Below the pieces are notes generated by a model that saw nothing but the letters and a program-made list of their open reading frames with translations, was not told where the DNA came from and did not search any database. A stretch of 64,000 nucleotides of DNA from an uncultured Verrucomicrobiota bacterium (GTDB taxonomy: Bacteria > Verrucomicrobiota > Kiritimatiellia > CAIVKH01): assembly GCA_937872895.1 (NCBI GenBank), contig CALMUP010000008.1, positions 225,613 to 289,612 on the forward strand, read 5' to 3'. The position numbers and the translations under genes are program-made. This document shows, piece after piece, positions 60,309 through 64,000 of this stretch (positions are counted from its first letter, which is position 1; every line of letters starts with the position of its first letter).

Positions 60309-61844
60309 GTGCCCATGAACGACACGCCCACGCCCGGGTACCGCATCCAGCAGCCGCTGACCATCACCATCCTCGGCGCCTCCGGCGACCTGACCCTGCG
60401 CAAGCTGATGCCCGCGCTCTACGCGATGCACCACCACGGGTTCATGCCGGACGATTTCGCGATCGTCGGTTTCGCCCGCCGCGACTACACCGAGGAGCAG
60501 TTCCGCGAGCTGATGCTCGACGCCCTGCGCACCTACAGCCGGGTCCCGGTGGTCTCGCCGGGCGTGCAGGACTTCATCCGGCGCCTGTACTACCACAAGG
60601 GCGACATCGAGGGGGTTGACTCGTACCGCGACCTGGCCGCCCGCATGGACCGCGACGGGATGCCGAAGAACCGCCTGTTCTACTTCTCGATCAAGCCGGA
60701 GTTGTTCGAGACGGCGCTGGTGCACCTGACCGACGCCGCGCTGATCTCGTCGCCGGAGGATCCGCACTGGACCCGCGTGGTCATCGAGAAGCCGTTCGGC
60801 CACGACCTGGCCAGCGCGACCGCGCTGAACCATGCGGTCCGCAAGCACCTCGACGAGTCGCAGATCTACCGCATCGACCATTACCTCGGCAAGGAGACCG
60901 TCCAGAACATCCTGTCGTTCCGCTTCGCGAACGTGATCTTCGAGCCGCTGTTCAACAGCAGCCTCGTGGACAACATCCAGATCACCGCCGGCGAGACGGT
61001 CGGCATGGAGAGCGGGCGGGGCGCCTACTACGACGAGACCGGGGCGATCCGCGACATGGTGCAGAACCACCTGTTGCAGTTGCTGTGCGTGATCGCGATG
61101 GAGCCGCCGGCCAGCCTGACCGCCGACGCGATCCGCAACGAGAAGGTGAAGGTCCTGAAATCGGTACGGCTGATCCCGCCCGAGGATGTGCGCCGCCATG
61201 TCGTGCGCGCCCAGTACACCGCGGGTGCGATCGGCGAGAAGGCCGCGAAAGGCTACCTCGAGGAGGACCGGATCGCGCCCGCATCGAAAACCGAGACCTA
61301 TGTCGCGCTGCGGCTGTTCATCGAGAACTGGCGCTGGGCCGGCGTGCCGGTGTACCTGCGCACCGGGAAGCGCCTGCCCAAGCGCACGACCGAGGTCGTG
61401 GTCAACTTCAAGGTCCCGCCGCTGCAGCTCTTCCAGACCGTCGAGTGTTCCGGCGATGTGTGCGACCTGACCCGCGCCAAGCCGAACCAGCTTATCTTCC
61501 GCATCCAGCCGGACGAGGGCATCGACATCCGGTTCTCGGCCAAGCGCCCCGTCCTGCAGGTGCAGGTCGAAAACGTGGCCATGAACTTCGATTACGCCAA
61601 GACCTGGAAAACCGACCTGCCCGAGGCCTACGAGCGGCTGCTGCTCGACGTGCTGCGCGGCGACTCCACCCTGTTCACCCGCTCGGACGAGGTCGAGGCG
61701 GCCTGGCGCATCATCGATCCGGTTCTCGCGGCCTGGTCGGAAAACGCCGACATCCCGGTCCATACCTATCCCGCCGGAAGCTGGGGCCCGGCGCGCGCCG
61801 ATGTCCTGCTCAACGAGTCGGGGCACAAGTGGCGGAATCCCTGA
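60309..61844 (+). CDS. zwf: Glucose-6-phosphate 1-dehydrogenase
   Basis: ILGASGDLTLRKLMPALY, RIDHYLGKE and other G6PD blocks. Confidence 0.95.
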   Translation: MPMNDTPTPGYRIQQPLTITILGASGDLTLRKLMPALYAMHHHGFMPDDFAIVGFARRDYTEEQFRELMLDALRTYSRVPVVSPGVQDFIRRLYYHKGDIEGVDSYRDLAARMDRDGMPKNRLFYFSIKPELFETALVHLTDAALISSPEDPHWTRVVIEKPFGHDLASATALNHAVRKHLDESQIYRIDHYLGKETVQNILSFRFANVIFEPLFNSSLVDNIQITAGETVGMESGRGAYYDETGAIRDMVQNHLLQLLCVIAMEPPASLTADAIRNEKVKVLKSVRLIPPEDVRRHVVRAQYTAGAIGEKAAKGYLEEDRIAPASKTETYVALRLFIENWRWAGVPVYLRTGKRLPKRTTEVVVNFKVPPLQLFQTVECSGDVCDLTRAKPNQLIFRIQPDEGIDIRFSAKRPVLQVQVENVAMNFDYAKTWKTDLPEAYERLLLDVLRGDSTLFTRSDEVEAAWRIIDPVLAAWSENADIPVHTYPAGSWGPARADVLLNESGHKWRNP

Positions 61845-61865
61845 TCCGCGGGGACGCGGCTCAGG

Positions 61866-61978
61866 AATTGGGTGTCAGGTGTCGGGTGTCAGGTGTCGGG
61901 TGTCGGAAAGCGCGTGCATGGAGCGCATCGAGGAATCATTCTTCCCCGAAACCCGAACACCGAAACCCGACACCCAGT
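61866..61978. terminator. Long bidirectional hairpin between the convergent zwf and rubredoxin genes, built from GGTGTC(A/G) heptamer repeats on one arm and their complement (CCGAAACCCGAACACC...) on the other
   Basis: gggtgtcaggtgtcgggtgtcaggtgtcgggtgtcgg, about 45 nt of spacer, then ccgaaacccgaacaccgaaacccgacaccc, forming an extended imperfect stem. Confidence 0.5.
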
Positions 61979-61983
61979 TCGCG

Positions 61984-62172
61984 CTACAAGACCTCGAACG
62001 CCTTTTTCAGGGCCTGGCAGAGCGGGCACATCCAGGTATCGGGCAGGGCACTGAAGGGGGTGCCGGGCGGGATGCCGCCTTCGGGGTCGCCCATCACCGG
62101 GTCGTAGACATACCCGCAGCAGGTACAGACCCATTCATCGAGGACCGGGGTCGATTCGTCGGAAGTTGTCAT
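61984..62172 (-). CDS. Rubredoxin
   Basis: [25 protein letters not shown]...WMCPLC has the two CxxC iron-binding knuckles. Confidence 0.85.
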   Translation of the reverse strand: MTTSDESTPVLDEWVCTCCGYVYDPVMGDPEGGIPPGTPFSALPDTWMCPLCQALKKAFEVL

Positions 62173-62234
62173 GACGCTGCCAGTGTAATACAACCGTGTG
62201 GTGGGTCAAGACGGCCCCGGGAGGAGATCCGGTC

Positions 62235-63035
62235 ATGGGCAAGAAGAATGCGCAGATCATCAGCGGGTTGGGGGAGGGCGATGTCGCCCCGTACGTGTTC
62301 ATGCCCGGTGATCCGGGGCGGGTGCCGAAGATTTCCGCGAAGTGGGACTCCTTCACCGAGGTGATCCGCGTGCGCGAATATGTCGTGCATGTCGGCGAGA
62401 AGGACGGGGTGCCGATGACCGCGGCCTCGACCGGCATCGGCGCGCCCTCGACGGCCATCATCATGGAGGAGCTGGCCAATATCGGCGCACACACCTTCAT
62501 CCGGGTCGGCAACAGCGGGGCCATCGCCGACCAGGTCCAACTGGGCGACTACGTGATCTCAACCGGTGCGGTGCGCGACGAGGGAACCTCGAAAAGCTAC
62601 GTCGCCCCCGAATACCCGGCGGTCGCGCACTACGAGGTGGTCAATGCGCTGGTTGCCTCGGCCAAGGCCCGGAAGGCCACCTTCCACACCGGCATTGTGG
62701 TGTCGGTCGATGGCTTCTACTCCCGCAACAAGGTGTACGGACCCGACGGGCAGTCGCTGCTCAGCATGGCCCATGGCGGGTACGAACAGGGCTGGATGAA
62801 CCAGTATGCGCGCGACTGGAAACGCGCCCGCGTGCTCAACGTCGAAATGGAGTCCGGCACGATCTTCACCCTCGCCAACCTGTTCGGCCTGCGCGCCGGG
62901 ACGATCTGCACCGTGTCCGACCGGACCCCGTGGTCGTCGCCCGGCCAGGACGCCCTGTCGCTCGACCAGAACATCAACGGCTGCATCGACATCGCCATCG
63001 ACGCGGTGGTGCGGCTGGCCAAGGGCGGGTCGTGA
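62235..63035 (+). CDS. udp: Uridine/purine nucleoside phosphorylase family protein (PNP/UDP family 1, Udp-like)
   Basis: FMPGDPGRVPKI...STGIGAPSTAIIMEELANIG...NVEMESGTIFTLANLFGLRAG aligns to Udp/DeoD family motifs. Start at the ATG 8 bp after a GAGGAG SD. Confidence 0.8.
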   Translation: MGKKNAQIISGLGEGDVAPYVFMPGDPGRVPKISAKWDSFTEVIRVREYVVHVGEKDGVPMTAASTGIGAPSTAIIMEELANIGAHTFIRVGNSGAIADQVQLGDYVISTGAVRDEGTSKSYVAPEYPAVAHYEVVNALVASAKARKATFHTGIVVSVDGFYSRNKVYGPDGQSLLSMAHGGYEQGWMNQYARDWKRARVLNVEMESGTIFTLANLFGLRAGTICTVSDRTPWSSPGQDALSLDQNINGCIDIAIDAVVRLAKGGS

Positions 63036-63039
63036 CAAC

Positions 63040-63098
63040 ACAGCCGGGGTAAACCCGGCTCTACAGTAGATTGGTAGAGCCGGCTTTATGCCGGCTAT
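63040..63098. repeat. REP-like nested palindromic element, family A copy (CAGCCGGGGTAAACCCGGCTCTAC, loop, GTAGAGCCGGCTTTATGCCGGCTAT)
   Basis: Second copy of the 6643-6707 element, located between the udp-like gene and the thr-type attenuator. Confidence 0.5.
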
Positions 63099-63167
63099 CC
63101 AGACGCACAACGCCCAAAATTCCGGCTTGTCCTTGTCGCGAAAACGGTTATCTTTACGCACTTTGAC

Positions 63168-63215
63168 ATGAAAACCACTACTGTCATCGCCATTACGACG
63201 ACCTCCTGTGCGTGA
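63168..63215 (+). CDS. thrL: Thr/Ile-rich leader peptide (MKTTTVIAITTTSCA) of a threonine-type transcription attenuator
   Basis: A 15-codon ORF with 6 Thr and 3 Ile/Val codons. It sits directly before alternative GAGGGG/CCCCTC/GAGGGG+T7 hairpins and the hom gene. Confidence 0.55.
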   Translation: MKTTTVIAITTTSCA

Positions 63216-63275
63216 GGGGTGACGGCGCATGCTGTTGGCAAACCCCTCCCTGGTGAGGGGTTTTTTTGTAACGTG
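63214..63275 (+). terminator. Attenuator terminator/antiterminator region: GAGGGG (overlapping the leader stop) can pair with CCCCTC, competing with the CCCCTCCCTGGTGAGGGG+TTTTTTT terminator
   Basis: Three-segment 1:2 versus 2:3 pairing geometry typical of amino-acid operon attenuators, immediately upstream of hom. Confidence 0.55.
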
Positions 63276-63289
63276 AAACAGGGAAACGT

Positions 63290-64000
63290 ATGAAAGAAAT
63301 TGGCTTGGGATTGTTGGGCTTCGGCACCGTCGGGGCCGGGGTGGTTGAAGGGTTGCAGCGCAACGGCGACCTGATCGCCAGCCGTGCCGGCGTGAAGCTG
63401 GTACTGCGCAAGATCGCCGACCTGGACCTGGAGCTCGACCGCGGGGTCACCGTCGACCGTTCGGTGCTGACCACCGACGCGCTGTCGGTCATCCGCGACC
63501 CGAACGTGCACATCATCATCGAGTTGATCGGCGGCGTGGGCATCGCCCGTGAGCTGGTCACCGAGGCGCTGAGGATGGGCAAGCCGGTGGTCACCGCGAA
63601 CAAGAAGCTGCTGGCCGAGTACGGCTCGAGCCTGTTCGCCCTGGCCGACCAGAACAAGGTCGATCTCCGTTTCGAGGCGAGCGTGGCCGGGGGCATCCCG
63701 ATCATCCAGGCCCTGCGCGACGGCCTGATCGCCAACCACATCCCGAACCTGTACGGCATTCTCAACGGCACCTGCAACTACATCCTGACCCGGATGGAGC
63801 AGGAAGGGTTGCCGTTCGACCAGGTGCTGAAGGCGGCGCAGGACGCGGGCTTCGCCGAGGCGGAACCGAGCCTCGACATCGACGGCCACGACACCGCGCA
63901 CAAGGCGGCCCTGCTGGCCTCGCTGGCCTACGGCTTCCCGGTCCCGCTGTCCTCGATGTACGTCGAGGGCATCCGAGGCATCGCCCGCGAGGACATCGCG
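63290..64000 (+). CDS. hom: Homoserine dehydrogenase (N-terminal part; the gene continues past the window end)
   Basis: MKEIGLGLLGFGTVGAGVVEGL NAD-binding motif and TANKKLLAEYG...VAGGIPII blocks. No stop before the window end. Confidence 0.9.
   Translation, partial: MKEIGLGLLGFGTVGAGVVEGLQRNGDLIASRAGVKLVLRKIADLDLELDRGVTVDRSVLTTDALSVIRDPNVHIIIELIGGVGIARELVTEALRMGKPVVTANKKLLAEYGSSLFALADQNKVDLRFEASVAGGIPIIQALRDGLIANHIPNLYGILNGTCNYILTRMEQEGLPFDQVLKAAQDAGFAEAEPSLDIDGHDTAHKAALLASLAYGFPVPLSSMYVEGIRGIAREDIA

Overview
This is a high-GC (about 65%) bacterial chromosomal window that is densely coding on both strands and mostly housekeeping. Housekeeping content: urease ureCBA on the minus strand at the window start; gluQ; secA-lnt; prfB with its programmed +1 frameshift; trpC-trpF-trpB; yicC-gmk; nrdR; proS; HU; hisS; nupC; nadC-nadB; fpg; three tandem Hsp20 genes; aroD; DAHP synthase; map; a Zur-type regulon (Fur-family regulator, COG0523 GTPase, Cys-less L33 and L31 paralogs); thyA-folA; ftsB; eno; nadD; rsfS; zwf; rubredoxin; a uridine-phosphorylase-like gene; and a Thr/Ile-rich leader peptide with attenuator upstream of a truncated hom at the window end. 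The likely accessory region starts at tRNA-Gly(CCC) (9257-9330) and runs to about 19.8 kb. It contains a secreted serpin, a 900-bp array of at least 10 degenerate 30-bp iteron-like motifs that includes a 195-bp tandem duplication, and a markedly lower-GC 798-aa gene. That gene fuses an N-terminal PD-(D/E)xK nuclease-like domain, a DUF2075/Schlafen-type Walker A/B ATPase-helicase core, and a complete LexA-like S24 autopeptidase domain with a conserved Ala-Gly cleavage site. I read it as a candidate SOS/RecA*-triggered nuclease-helicase and, to my knowledge, it is uncharacterized; it is the most novel element in the window. It is followed by a membrane protein and by a 1205-aa secreted esterase/TSP3-repeat protein that is bracketed by a 38-bp direct repeat. 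Other notable items are an 812-aa HerA/DUF853-type ATPase with a downstream orphan ORF, several nested-palindrome REP-like elements, a 29-aa Lys/Ala-rich peptide gene behind a sharply AT-rich region, and a VapBC pair. All calls rest on reading the sequence and the supplied ORF translations; no database searches were possible. Coordinates I derived by eye that are not anchored to the ORF track (small features and repeats) may be off by 1-2 bp.
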